Assembly (NCBI GenBank): GCA_002633005.1
Contig: NMRA01000012.1
Location: 400,487-464,486 of the forward strand
Direction of reading: 5' to 3'
DNA length: 64,000 nt
Source: Phoronis australis
Taxonomy: Eukaryota > Animalia > Phoronida
Position 1 is the first letter of the stretch. Each line of letters begins with the position of its first letter. Of the stretch, positions 1 to 13,289 are shown piece by piece. A model generated the notes under the pieces. The model did not search any database. It saw nothing but the letters and a program-made list of their open reading frames with translations, and was not told the DNA's origin. The position numbers and the translations under genes were made by a program.

Positions 1-163
1 ATAATGCATACTTGTATAGATGCTCTATAATGGAGACTGTGAGCCAGTGATGGGCACATAATGCATACTTGTATAGATGCTCTATAATGGAGACTGTGAG
101 CCAGTGATGGGCACATAATGCATACTTGTCTAGATGCTCTATAATGGAGACTGTGAGCCAGTG
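1..163. repeat. 57-bp minisatellite, about 2.9 copies, running off the window start
   Basis: Unit ataatgcatacttgtatagatgctctataatggagactgtgagccagtgatgggcac starts at 1, 58 and 115. Confidence 0.95.
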
Positions 164-1082
164 CAGGTCTTGGATGAAACAAATGCAACTTGATATTTCA
201 GTTCATGAGTTTGTAAGTGCTAATTATTAGTCTTATGCAACAGGAGTGTGGCTGTATCTTAATTCTCCTAACTACATACCCCCATCAAAAATGATGGGGT
301 ATCCTTTAGCTTTCCTGTCCATGGTCATTTGTGGTTTTGTGAAAATCTTTGATTGTGCTTCAGTCGTACATAACACAAATCTACATTTATCTGCACATTC
401 TAATACTACATAGGTTCAAATGGGTGGCGACAATGAAAACGCCTGCAGTTTTTCAGTGGTGTTTTAGCCAGACAGGCATGCTGGCAGTGTTGGGGTAATT
501 CTCACCACCATATATCCTTACCACCCCAATTGCCTCTTAATTAAGCCACAGTGATGACATTTACTTAAAGTGGTTATCACAAGGACAAACAAAGGCCTAT
601 TTACCAGGTCTTTTGAAGTTACAAGCGGTCTGGCTAAGCGAAAAACCAGCAGTTTTGGGGGAATTCAAACTGCCAACAAAGGGGCAGCAGAAGTCACACT
701 TGTAGCTTTTCAATTTATGGTCAATTTTGCTCCTGGCGAAAGTGTTACTGAAAAAAGTTGTGCTGTAGTTCTAGCCAGTTTGTGAATGGTTTGAAAATTT
801 TTATTCTAAGGTTATGGAAATTATTCACCTATTTAGCACATATGGAAATTCTCAAAAGAAATGAGCCAGAAGGTTCTGTTGGATTAATAGTGTAATCTGT
901 CCGGTACAGCTCAGACAAAACAACAATTGTTAAAATTTTCGCTGTCTGTAATATTACAATCAGTCTTTGAAAAATGAAAAAAGGTGACTGCCAATTATTT
1001 TCTTGCGAAGTAAGTGAAGATATGCATTAAGAGATTTTTATCTGTGAGGTGGAGTGTTCCTATAATCCTTTCCTTCATAAAA

Positions 1083-1783
1083 CAGGGTGGGTGTTGCATT
1101 GAAACAAGAACCCCAGTGAAATCAGATATCCCGGAGTCGAAAATAGACTCCCTCACCTTCAAAACAGCTAACCTACCCAAAAAACACGAACCCTGACCTT
1201 TAAAACAGGAACCCCAGGGATCGGATGGGACACCTGGTCGGACCGAAACACCACTCTCGCACTTTCTGTCAAACATTGTTTGATGAAAAATAAAATCTTC
1301 CTATTTCAAATAGCTGTTGTGATCTGTTGTTTTACTATATGAGAATTTCAGACAACTTATGACGGATTGGCATCCTATGTTATTCTGCTACTGAACTTGT
1401 GTGATGTTCGTTGGCTTTCAGCGCCATGAAATATTGTGTCACCTATTGGCCAGTTTCTTTTTCCCCCAATTCTTCAATCAATTGTTCTTCTTCCATGAGG
1501 TTTCTTTCATGTCTCAACAAATTAATCAACAATGGCTCTCAAAGGACAAAATAATATTTTTATTTTTCATTACTGGAAAGTACTTGAAGATGCTTTAACT
1601 CAAAGTTCGAGGCTAAACGGGGTCAGAAAATTTGAAAAATTATCCGGGGTTTCCTGTCCTACTAGTATCCCTGGAATTCCTGTTTTAAAGGTCAGGGTTC
1701 GTGTTTTTCGGGCTCGTTAGCTGTTTTGAAGGAGCGGGAGTCTGTTTTTGACACCGAGGTTCCTGTTTCGATGGAACACCCTG
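1083..1783. mobile_element. Tc1/mariner-like MITE with long (about 150 bp) imperfect TIRs
   Basis: Termini CAGGGTG...CACCCTG|TA. The stretch 1083-1232 is the reverse complement of about 1648-1783 (e.g. aaaaacacgaaccctgacctttt versus aaaggtcagggttcgtgttttt). Confidence 0.8.
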
Positions 1784-2804
1784 TAAAATGTCAGTCATTA
1801 TATTTCCTACAACATTACTATCTTATGGTTAGTAACGCTAATCTCTCCCAACTTCAAGGTGAGTCAAAACTAAGGTGAATGCACTCAACTCAAACTAAGC
1901 ATCAAGTCATACCTTTGAGTGGACTCCTTTCATCTTTGTTGTTTCTGAAGTTCGCTCTTTCATTTTTATAAAAATTAATCTGATTTATCATCGTGTAAGT
2001 TCTTGTGCTATGGCTTGGATTCCCATGACTCATGACGGAAGAAGGAAGACACAGGCATAGTAGTGTGACAATATGAACCAGGTTTTGCATCTGTTTTTAG
2101 TGATACAGCTATTTTTATATGTAAAATTGTGTTGTGGAGAGACTATATGAAAGTGGAGAGACTATATGAAAATAGTCATGAAAATGTGCTGGCGATGATG
2201 CTGTGAGCCAATCCTGTACTAACTTATCATTTTTCACTATTGTTTGGAATTAGACGTAACTTTATGCTGTATTTGTGACATCTGTAAATACCCTATACAT
2301 TTTACAAATATGGATCCATCACGATGATGATTTCATGTTGTCTGGATCAAGGGAGAGCACTAATGCTCTCACAAGGTCCATGTACACACACACTTACCGG
2401 TATATGTATATATATTTCTGATACTCCCGAGGGATTAGTCTAGATTTGTTTTTCCACGACCACTGAACGCTTCTTTCTTCTGATTTTTCCGTTTCTTATT
2501 AAGTTTGCTTGTTCTTATCTGCTTTGATGTACTAACGTCTGCTCATTTTGTGATCTGTGTTTATGGGTCTTACGCATCCTGGTAGTGACATCTGACGTTT
2601 GGCAGCATGAACAAAAAGTGAAATATTCCATACTAAGTTGGTCAACATTACCCTATTGGGTATCAGCTGATCAGAAGCAGAAGTATCAGTAGTCATGTAA
2701 TAATGCTGTAATATTTTACACAGATCCAGTTAATTTTCTATCAATTGTATTTTAGGAAATTTGACACCACATTTGTAATAGTAAAGAGTCTCCTTTCTTT
2801 CCAG

Positions 2805-2853
2805 CCCATTTATTCGACCAAAACTTGGCAAGTTATGTGAAGCTAGCAGCATG
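2805..2853 (+). CDS. unc80: UNC80 homolog, internal 49-nt exon (equivalent to vertebrate coding exon 2)
   Basis: Acceptor tcctttctttccAG ends at 2804 and donor GTAAGT starts at 2854. The phase-2 start translates (S)PFIRPKLGKLCEASSM, matching the UNC80 N-terminal segment SAFLRPKLGKQYEASCV as recalled from the human protein. It ends in phase 0 and joins SFERV at 53608. Missed by the ORF track. Confidence 0.93.
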
Positions 2854-3162
2854 GTAAGTTAATCATCAGGATATGTCTGTGTTTTGAAATTGGATAGGCT
2901 GTTAATGCCTGCAGCAGTTGTGAAGTGTTCATATATCAACCAGTAGCAATGAGGGTTATTGTGCAATAGCACCATGACTGACCAACGCACAGCTGTTGTC
3001 CTCCATCTTTTGACCTGTCCCAAATATACTATTGATTCTAATTTAATTATTACATAATGTTTCTGACACGGTGTGAAGTGGAATTACTTACAGATGTGTT
3101 CATGTAGTGCCTATGTGGTTGGAAATATGGTCACACTTTTTCAGTTTCAAGTGTAGTGTTAA

Positions 3163-4566
3163 GGATATCTCCAACCTTATTCACAAAAATTGGCCATTTT
3201 TGCAATATGCAATATTTCACTTGTGTCTAGCAAAATACCTTATCTTCATTCTCGGGGAACTTCAAATACAAAACATATACCACGTAGCGAGAAAAAAAAT
3301 TTAGTGGAACCACCTTGGAACCGCACAACTGCGTGGATATTTGTTTACTACTTATCCAAGGTCAAAGGTTAAATGGCTTTCAATTAAATCGAATCTCACG
3401 CCAGGTACAGAACAGCTACGTATATCCTCAGCCCTTTCATTCACAAAGTCGCCATAACATTGAGCCAACGAGGTGTACTTATAGAATGGCGCCGGGGAAA
3501 ACAGATAAAACTGATCTTAAGGGAGTTGTGCGTCTTGATGCATACCACCATTGGCATTGAAAACGAATGCTACAATTTACCTCAGGCCTCTATGGTCATG
3601 AACACAGAAAGTTGTGAAAAGAGATAAATCCTCACCCTAATTCCTTAATTCAATTAATAAGTTAACATTTTGATTTTTCGATCTTATGCTAATGACATAC
3701 TTTAACCACCGATTCGATTTTTGTTTTCCATTTGGTATCAGCCTCCCAGCACGTGATGTGTACAGGCTATGAACTGTGACCTACTTAGAAAGTAGGCCGT
3801 ACAAAACAGTAAAAGTTGGCTGGGAAAGATACGTCTGTTTGAGGTTTTAATGATAATTAAGTTAGTTACGCACTGCAAAATCAGTTGACATTGCGAGTGA
3901 ACGTTGAAATAGCTAACATAGTTAAGGATTGTATAGGTTATGTGTACCGAAAACAAGTTTTCATGGAATAATTAACCGAAGACTTTGAGATTTTCACGTG
4001 TCCTAGTTTAATCGGCTTTTTCTCGGCTTCGCCAAATCGACTTTATTTGAACTTAGGAACACTAGTTCTCGAAATTGGCTTGATGGATTTCGCTGAAACT
4101 TTCCAAACTTAATATTTTGTCACCAATCTCAAAAACGCTATTAGGATTTTCGATATAAAGGCCTAGTTTTTGCGTAATGTGACAAAGACGAATACGACTT
4201 CAATTTTTTACAAAAACACCTTATGTTTTGCGGGTTGATTTGTCATAGAAACCAAACGAACAGAGTAATCGAAAATTCCTAACAGCGTTTTTGAGGTAAC
4301 TGGTGACTAAAGTTTTCATTTAAAAAAGGTTTCATTAAAATCGGCCGAGGGGTTATTTTGCTATGAATGTACTTTTCTTAAAAATGAAATTTTGACTTAC
4401 AAAAGGTTTTTACGTAAAAATAATAATGGAACATAAATACAAAAAGTACATTTATATTTCCTGGTCTTTGTTCTTTCAGAAAATATATACTTTTACTAGT
4501 TGACAAAACTTAGGTTTTTGATGTACGAGTTAGATTGGAGGCCACTAAATAAGGTTGAAGATAACC
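3163..4566. mobile_element. Non-autonomous Kolobok-like DNA transposon
   Basis: TTAA|GGATATCTCCAACCTTATT ... AATAAGGTTGAAGATAACC|TTAA: 19-bp TIR with 2 mismatches, TTAA target duplication and purine-purine termini. Confidence 0.75.
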
Positions 4567-4702
4567 TTAAAAATCAGCAAGCATCTCAGCTTGATAGTCC
4601 AGGAAATGCATTTATATGTAAGAGTAGAAGCCAGTTTAAATATGTAAGTTTGACTGGAAATATGTTATTCTCCTAATTGCTCTCAACGCACTTCTCAGTT
4701 AA

Positions 4703-5104
4703 GGTTATGTGGGGTCTTAACAAGTCTATGTATTTCCAAATATTTATAAAACTAGATATTGACTAATTAAAATTTAGTCAAAAAAGAAAGATACGTTAAC
4801 AGCAAAGCAACAGTTTCAGTAACATGACTTTATTTCGCTTGATATAAATGTTCGAGATGAAATCTCAAAAATGCTGTTACAGTTTCTGTTTTCGTTTTAT
4901 GCAACTTTTTATGAGAAACATGAAAGTGCATATTTTTTGATAGCTCCTGATGTATAAGTTGTTTTCAAATCCTAACAGCCTTTTAGACAACAGTGTATGA
5001 ACCATAGTTTCTAAAAGTTTCATCTGAATCCTATCATCTATTTTTGAGATATGATGTTCCCAATTTAGCCAGATTTGGACATTTTTGTAGTGTCCTTTAT
5101 AACC
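4703..5104. mobile_element. About 400-bp non-autonomous element (GGTTAT termini, Kolobok-like), copy 1
   Basis: TTAA|GGTTAT...ATAACC termini. The interior is collinear with 19023-19507 (shared aatgttcgagat, gttacagtttc, atgatgttccca). Confidence 0.6.
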
Positions 5105-5134
5105 TTGCGTGTCATCAGAGTTTATTTGCCAGAG

Positions 5135-5644
5135 TAGCATACATTTATGTAGCGCACGCTTCCTGGCCACGTGCTTTTTAACACTGGTCAAGTTTTATTA
5201 GTCTTGATTTGCAGTTTTCACGTGTAATAAGAAATCTGGATTCCTGTTGAGGGAGATCTGTTCGAGAAAGATACAATGCAATACCGTTGACAAGTACGCT
5301 GCGTCTGTTCGGAAAGTCCTGACCATGGTGGGATGTGCAGGTTCCTCGCAAGATCAGCAAAACTTGTGCGTTCTTTTTGAAGCACTGCGGATATTTGAAG
5401 TGTATAGTCACGGCTAAATACCGAAATAACAGCGAGGCTCGTGGTCTAGAAGTTCCACGCACAATGATTTTTTCAGAACTGTCAGATATTGGTAAATTGA
5501 AGATAATACTGTAGAATTTTAGAACTGTAGGTAAGGCATTTTTGGCATGTCTGCATATTCATGGGGTGGGCGCTTATTTTACCAAAGTCTGAAAAAGCTT
5601 GAGGTCGCTTATAGAGGCATGGGCATTTATTAGGGCGAATACAG
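5135..5644 (+). mobile_element. Tc2-like MITE family A, truncated copy
   Basis: Right end gggcatttattagggcgaatacag|TA. Interior matches 28830-29145. Left boundary approximate. Strand denotes relative orientation only. Confidence 0.8.
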
Positions 5645-7541
5645 TAATTGACAAAATTCCTTAAAAGTTAATATTCCTCTTTTAGGATCAATCACCATTC
5701 CAATAGATAATAAATAAAGCATGTGAGAAAACAGCCGAGATCTTATTGGAAATCTGGTGATATTCATTGTTTTTTCAAAAATGTTCAGTTATTTTGCCTG
5801 ATGTGAAAATCAGATCTGACACCGAATGTTCTGCACGTAAGATTGCTGGAGGTATATTTGATTTTGTCTGCTCGGTGATAAAGTGTTGTAATTACAAGGA
5901 TTCACGGGTACTTATCCACTTATTTAGAAGATTTATTAATGGTAAGTTGTGTTTAAGGACCCAATACATTGATTATGTGTCTGCTGTCAAAATCTTTGAA
6001 GTGCTTAGTTGTAGGTTGTGATTGTCTGTAAATACTCCTGCCCTATTGTGTTAGTAAAACAATTCAACAGCAGAAATCATAAAAAATCATGAAAGTTTTA
6101 TGACCAAGAAATAATATCTTGGCTTTGCAGTCTGTGATGCAGTCCTATATGCTATTATGGTGTGAAGGAATTAGTTTTTGTTAATTCTTGTGGTTATCCA
6201 AAGCCTAGTTGATCCATCATTTAATGCCACCCTTTGGGACAGGGTAGTTGGTCCTTTTGGATAAAAGTAAAATACCTTGTCAATAAATTTTACCTTTTTG
6301 ATGTTCCTCGATCCTTTAAACTCTTAAATAAATTGAAACTAATCCAATACAATTTACGAGAACACATGTTGAAAATTGTCCGTTTCCAGCCGTCACAAAT
6401 TATTTTGGTCACCTTACCTGCCTAACTTGCATATAGCTTATTAACATTGAAAGGGGGATAACCATAGTTTTGTTAATCTAGTTCTGTGCACTTCTATTAT
6501 TCACAGGTAACTGTTTCCTTATGTATTGTTTTGTATTCTTTCATCAATGAAAAGATAAATCAGTTGGATCTTTCCTTTACTAGTTGTCACCTGTCTACCT
6601 TTTTGCAACCACAGTCAATTGCTCACCTAAACTCAACCTTTTTTCATCTGCCCCCCCTTGAATACATCTGCATTTACACCTGGTTTTAAGTTATTCGCGC
6701 ATTTCAGTTTTTGCAGCCCTCATTCCTGTTTGCCTGCGGCTTTGAACCTTATTCAATATGTACATAAACAAGCTTCATTTCCATTTTATTTTTGATTTTG
6801 TGTACATGCCAAGTTTAAAGGTTGGCAAGACAGATTGGAAATTTGCAGTTTATGGATAAAAAATTGCAGTAGGGTGGTGAGAAGATGCCGTGTGAAACTA
6901 GTTGGAATTCTTGATAACACCCCTCTCGGACTGTTGGAAATGATCTGACGTGAGCTTGCTCTTTTGCACGCTGTTCTCGCTTAAGGTGTTCATTGTCACG
7001 CACAGAGCGCCTTACCCTAGACTAGTTATCAGATATGTGTGTGCAGTCGCTCCACTTAAAAGTAGGATAAGTTGCCCTAGTGTAAGTTGTTCTAGGCTAG
7101 GCTGTGTGTGGACTGGATTTAGTGTACCTGTAAAAATGTACGCTTGTTGTGGTGTTCAACCTCTACTATGAGCATGCAATATATGTTCAACCTCTGCTAT
7201 GAGCAAGGAATGTATTATCCAAAATGTCAGAAAAGATCACATTTTGCACAAAATCATGTCAATAAAGCAGGTGTGAGTGAAAGCAATAAATTATTTCACC
7301 TTCTTGTTGCCTTTAGTTATGGCTAACTCTGATTTGTTGTCTGTCTAAACTGTATTGGTAATCAATAGTCCTTTTATCGAAAGTCTTGTACAACTTGGTT
7401 GTTTGATTTGAGAACTTAAATCGTGTTTGTTGAAACCTGAAACTTTGATTTTACAATATGTGCTTATTTCGTATTCAGATTTCAAAGATGTAAAATGCTG
7501 TTTTTGGAAATGGATCCTTACTGCCCCAAACTTAATCTTAA

Positions 7542-7936
7542 AATGGAAGTTGCACGCTAATTCCTCATCTCTGTGATTGCTTGGTCAAATTAGTTAGAAA
7601 CACAAGGTATAGAGAAAATGTGAATATCAAGTACGTTGAAAAACAACTGTTTTTAAGTACAAATTGTGTGTCAAAAACGATCTGCCGTAAATCACTCTAC
7701 CGTGTCTAGTACGTATGTGACATGGTGCTTGGGAATAACATTGCATGATGCGGGCTATGTGAACCCCCAAGGTACGTCATTAGTGCAAAGGTCACCTTTT
7801 GTAGATTTTTTGTTTTCACATTTACAAGTTGTCAGTGAACACAACTGCAATTTGTTTAATGTATATGATGTTCAAATAGCTTTGTCGTTTAGTTCCTGCT
7901 GTACATTAGCATAGCTAGGAGCATACAAGTACATCT
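7542..7936 (+). mobile_element. About 400-bp TTAA-flanked MITE (Kolobok-like), copy 1
   Basis: TTAA at 7538-7541 and 7937-7940. Collinear with 9344-9744. Confidence 0.75.
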
Positions 7937-8014
7937 TTAACATGTTTTGTTGAAGTGAGAACAGCTAGGAGCATACAAGTACATCTTTAACATGTTTTGT
8001 TGAAGTGAGAACAG
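7913..8014. repeat. Perfect 50-bp tandem duplication spanning a MITE end
   Basis: agctaggagcatacaagtacatctttaacatgttttgttgaagtgagaac occurs at 7913 and 7963. Confidence 0.92.
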
Positions 8015-8935
8015 ATTTCTGGTCTTCTACAGTACTGACAATGGAGAGCTCAATGCTAAAATAATTGCCAAATTTGACCTTTTTTATTTTCCAGACATGT
8101 ATAATTCTTGTGTATGTCCATAAATTTTCAAAATATTGTCATTTAGTATGTATGATGCAGAGTTTGAACATTGAAAAACATCCATTTGGTGCTTCGTTTC
8201 TTTTATGAAAAAATATGAATTGATATTTCACTTGTTCTCCACTTTGTGTCCTAAATTACCAAGATTTTACCATTTTCAGTTTAGTTGTCACTGGTAAATG
8301 TTTTTGTTAATTGTGTATCTTGTGTAGGATGTGAGAAAGTGTATTGCTGTATTATGTGTACAGTTTTAATTGATCTGAAAAATCGAATCACAGGTCTGTT
8401 CTAGCAGTTTTGTTGGTAGTAATTGAACAAACTTTCTGTGGAGGGTTGGTTTAATAAAATTGTCAACATTTTAGCTACTTTCACATACTTTAGCACGACT
8501 TAAAGCTCACCGTCCACTGGCATGAAGCATCTCACTCCAGTTGTGAAAAAACAATTTGTACACCATCAATTGATTTTTTGTGGCTGATTTAGTAAGTAAG
8601 CGCTAAGTGTTTGCTGTGAACATAAGGCCCTGACTGTTTTAAACACTCATGGTATTAATTTTTGTCTAGTGTTTGTTATGTGCATACTTTAAAATTAGTA
8701 TCCTTTGACTCCATTAAGAGACATTAAAACGTTTGCCCAATTAATGATTTCTGCATTTTGCTAACTGTAGGTCATCTGAACCCTTATTGTAAATAAAGTG
8801 AAGCAAAATCAATGATAGCTAATGTAAGTTCTAAAAAATAAGGGGCATAAAAATCAGAAAATAAGAAATTATTAGCTGACATTTTCTGTTTTATTTACAA
8901 GTGACATCTCCTGTGATCTCAGTGAAGATGAGAAG

Positions 8936-9136
8936 TAAGAAAAATAACCAGAAGTTTAGTCTTGACATGTTTCCATGTGACCAATATTATTCCCAGAAAC
9001 AAAATGAGGTCATCTAACAAGGTCAGAACAGTGTTAGATGGCCCACAAGACTGTTAGCTGGCCTCATTTTGGTTTTGAGGTTGATGTTAGACACATGGAA
9101 ACATGTCAAGACACAAACTTCTGGTTATTTTTCTTA
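8936..9136. mobile_element. About 200-bp foldback element or MITE
   Basis: taagaaaaataaccagaagttt..gtcttgacatgtttccatgtg is inverted at cacatggaaacatgtcaagac..aaacttctggttatttttctta. Arms are about 80 bp. Confidence 0.8.
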
Positions 9137-9343
9137 ACACATCCCCTATGTATTGTTTACATGTGACCCGTTTCAAAAATGAATCTTACATTTCAGTCAA
9201 TTTTAAGATAAAACTAAAATTTGTCTCAAGTCTGTTTCAAGAAAGAGATCTCAGGTTTGACTAAAGTTTTGTCTTTAATTTTGACGGCCTTGCTGGATGT
9301 GGAAGTCTCAAAGTTTAGAAGTTGGAACAAATCCTAGATTTAA

Positions 9344-9744
9344 AGTGGAACTTGCACGCTAAATGCTTATCTATGTGACTTTTTAGTCAAATTAGTTTGA
9401 AACACAACATATAGTGACAATGTGAATATGAAGTAGGTTGAAAATTGCAAAATGCTTTTAAGAACATGTTTTGTGTTGAAAACGATCCACCGAAAATCAC
9501 GCAACTGTATCCAGCAAGTATGGTGACGTGGTGTTGGGGAATAACACTGCATCATGCTGGCTTAGTAAGCCCCTGAGGTTCGTCATTAATGCAAAGATCA
9601 CCTAGTTGTAGAATTTTTTGCTTTCACCATTACAAATTGCCAATGAATACAGCTGCACTTTGTTTAACATAGATGATGTTCAAATAACATTATCGTTTAG
9701 TTCCTGCTATACATTAGCATAATTAGGAGCATGCAAATACATCT
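9344..9744 (+). mobile_element. About 400-bp TTAA-flanked MITE (Kolobok-like), copy 2
   Basis: TTAA|AGTGGAACTTGCACGCT ... AGCATGCAAATACATCT|TTAA, imperfect TIR. Confidence 0.75.
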
Positions 9745-9811
9745 TTAAGACAAAAGTGAAATTCAGCCAGTTTCTTGGAACGGGCCCCGTGATTTGCAAA
9801 ATGATATTTAA

Positions 9812-10272
9812 AGCTACATTTACGCGAGAGACAGCTGTAACGGTACAGCTAACACAGAAGAGCTGATTGAGTCCAAGTATATGTATAAACACGACTGACA
9901 CGGAGCAAGTGACACTGGGGCGGAGCAAGTGACACTGGGACGGCCAGTTTTTGACACCAGTTTGATAAATAGAGCGAGTTGCACTCAACCAGTTGCTCCA
10001 TTCAACTACACGTCTAAACACTACTGGGGCATGGCGGAAAGGGATCATGTTGCAATGCGCTTGCGCAATACCGTATATTCCTGTGATCAGGTGGCATTCC
10101 ATGTGGTTTGGACATTCACTATTGTTTATGCGAGCTTGAGTAGAAAGTCTTCATGTTAGTGACTGATGCTGATCCAGTTTGCAATCTTATGTCGTGTAAA
10201 TGCAATTCGAGTGAAGCAAGTCGCGCCGTGACAACTGACATGGTGACAACTGTCTCTCACTGTGTAAAAACG
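9812..10272 (+). mobile_element. About 450-bp MITE, possibly PIF/Harbinger-like, copy 1
   Basis: Imperfect TIR tttacgcgagagacagctgt / acaactgtctctcactgtgtaaa. Inverted homolog at 17777-18165 and partial homolog at 63895-64000. Confidence 0.65.
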
Positions 10273-10585
10273 GATTTAAACGATATAGGTCTAAGTCAGG
10301 TGTTATGTTATAGCCACTCTTCATTGATTGATATCCCACAAACTTTTCTTTTGCTTTAAGTAAATATAACAACTATTTTCTGGTGTGACTTTGACATCAA
10401 AATGAATTTGCACATCCCGTGTTAAATGTTTGACCTAATATTAGAAATGTAGGGCAGTGCTAACACATTGAGCTCAGTCGAACAAGTGAACAATGTTTTA
10501 TTGCGCCTCACTCAGCTGTTCATATTTTTTGTGTCTGTATTACAACTCATTGTGCAACAGTTGGTTTTTGTTTACATTAGAATAA

Positions 10586-10997
10586 CAAACGACAAACTAA
10601 TTTTTATGTAAAATAATGTTTAACATGGCAGCAGTGTAAAACTGTGAGGCATGTGGTCCACGAACACGTAGCATTGTAGGTAAATACTGCGGAATCAGAG
10701 AGGGTGCTGTAGTATAGGCATGAGAATGACAAATGACAAACTAATTTTCATGTAAAATAGTGATTAAAAACACAGAAGTAGTGTACAACTGTGATGCATG
10801 TGGCCCATGAATGCACAGCATTGTTGGTAAATACAGCAGAATCAGAGAGGGCGCTGCAGTATAGGCATGAGAATGATAAATGACTAACTAATTTTCATGT
10901 AAAATAATGATTGACACCGAAGCAGTGTACAACTGTGAGGCATGGGGCCCACGAATGTGCAGCATTTTGTGTAAATACAGCAGAATCATAGTGGGCT
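10586..10997. repeat. About 145-bp tandem repeat, about 2.8 diverged copies
   Basis: aactaattttYatgtaaaata...aactgtgaKgcatg...gtaaatac...gaatca recurs in units starting near 10586, 10729 and 10876. Confidence 0.88.
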
Positions 10998-12084
10998 ATT
11001 GATCAGTGGAAAAAGCTCTTTGCACACAGGCATCATTTTACGGAAAACTTGGCCGTTAGGTTTGCATTGATTAGCAGCTTTCGATGTTATGGTCTTTCAC
11101 ATTTATAAAACCTTGAGCATTTGTATTCACTTGGGAATTCAAATAATGAATAAAAATTAAGATTCTTTCTTTCGGACAACTGCTAATGTACTACCAACAT
11201 TGTAAGGGCATCCTTCCTCCTTCGACTACGTATAACAAATAACAATTTAAAATTGTGTTTGTGAGAAAAGGGATTTGATGAGACCAGTCTCAGCATGAAA
11301 TCGCACCTAAACCCTTGCAGTTGCAGTCATTCGCTCTGCTGGCTGGGCTAATGTGCTGCGTCCTGCTTGCATTCAGCTAAACCCCACTTGATCAATCCTG
11401 AACGCATCGTTGAACCAAAACTGCTGTATTCGGTTAAAATATTATCATCAGTCAGGAACTGCACCATATATAAGCTTAAATGCAATGAAGCTTTGAATGA
11501 CATCTATTACACAAAAGTGTCCGTGACAAACAGTTTTTCTTGTAATGGGTTCTTGTTCTTGGCTTTAGCCAATATTCAGAGGAAACTAAATATAAGACCA
11601 CAATTGTAAATCTCAGTCTTCGGTTCACTCAATTTTTTATTGTATTTCAAACTCTCAAAGCCATGGATTAAATTGTTGGTTGTAGCCCTTTAAACTATCA
11701 ATATTACACTTATCAATGTCCCATTGATGTCATAAATGTTGAAGTTCACTATCCCTGCAGTTACCCGAACACTGCCTATTAGTCTTGGATTGGTCAGTTA
11801 GGTACTTTCCCAATCTTGACCCTGTTAATCCCCAATTTCATGGGAGATTACTACAATTTAGTAACACAGCCAGATCACAGAAAGACAGTTTTACCAAACC
11901 CAGTAAGGTTTTCAATATTTTTGTGTTTTTTTGAAGAAATTCGGATGGCTTACCTGTCGAGTTGCATTCGATGCAGTGGCCTCTAATCTGTCCGCGGTCA
12001 ACACTGAATTGATTCATGTCCAAAACGATTCTCAGGGTTCAGTTTAAAATGTTAGATGTGAGTCGAGATATGCATCAGGACCAG

Positions 12085-13284
12085 CCGTATTTAGCCGTGA
12101 CTATACATTTCAAAGTAACACAGCGCTTCAAAAAGAACGCAACAGCGTTGCTAGTCTCGCGACGACCGTGTCCCACTATGGTCTGACCTTTCAGTAGACA
12201 TATCGACACTCATGAATAAAAATAACTCGGTGTTAAACGCATGTGGCCAAGAAGCGCGCGCTACGTATATGAACCTGTCATCAAAGACATTAGTCGGGAA
12301 CTATCCATTCATGAAATGGGTAGCATAGCATTGGTAAGAAATGGACATTGGCACTAATTTCCGACAATTTCTAATACTAGAAAACATGTTTGCGTTATTT
12401 TTGAGATGGATTGTTTGATTAACCATAATTGGTGTTTTTAGGCCAAATATCCGATAAAATGGCGTGACAGTGAATGCTTACACACCCTTACACCGAAAAA
12501 TAACTGTCAGATAGTTACGTACGCATCCAGCCACACGGCGACTAATATGGGCCTTACCGAGACAAATGTCGAACATTTTTAGCACATGAGACCGGCAAGT
12601 GCTGAATAAAACACGCTCTGTTTTAGGCCTACTGCTTCTGCAAATTTCTTTATACACAATGCACATCTAGCTCGTTAGATTGCATGGCTCTGGCCAAAAG
12701 ACGGTCTCTGCTTTGGCAAATGAACTCTGGTGACACGCACGCGCTCGCAGACGAACTTCAAAACAAACGTCACGTGGCAACAACGTGTGTGTTCGTCCAG
12801 ATATTTTTTTCACCGTGTTGCCGATCATACATGTAGATGGCACGATGTTGCACAGATTTGTACTTAAACCTGCCGTTAATCCAGACTCCACGGGAACTTA
12901 AAAAAAATCTTAGGGACGCTACTTAGAAAACTTAATGAGGATTTCAGGTAATTTGCTTGAGTCGAAACTATTTTTGTTCAAGCATTGAAGTCGCCATATC
13001 GAAGATGGCGATTTCGAGGCAGTCAGTCGGCGAGTTTTCGCCCTTGGATTTCTGCACAATTTTCTGTAAAATGATCGTAATTTAGCAGCAAAGTTCGATA
13101 GCAATGCACCACAGTTTTGTTAAAAATCTTTCATGGATTACAGATATGTCACAGAGCGTAAATTTGATGAATCTTAGCTTCCGATTTCACCCGTTTCGGA
13201 GACCGGGTTTCAACTGCCTTCGGTTATAATAAGCGCCTCCCCCGAATCGAACTTTTCTGAGCGTCTTGGCAGTTATAAGTACGG
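12085..13284 (-). mobile_element. Tc2-like MITE family A, diverged and truncated copy
   Basis: Collinear with 48910-50008 (gtatttagccgtgac, acgaacttcaaaacaaa, gaggatttcaggtaatt). Ends tacgg|TA. Confidence 0.8.
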
Positions 13285-13289
13285 TAATG

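Noticed and set aside
1-2804. Search for the unc80 first coding exon (IPLPIQTFLWRQT-like)
   Set aside because: Not found by eye in this interval, so it presumably lies upstream of the window.
12940-12955. TTTCAG|GTAATT recursive-splice-like motif (also near 41965 and 49670)
   Set aside because: It is part of the family A MITE consensus and is preceded by purine-rich sequence rather than a pyrimidine tract.
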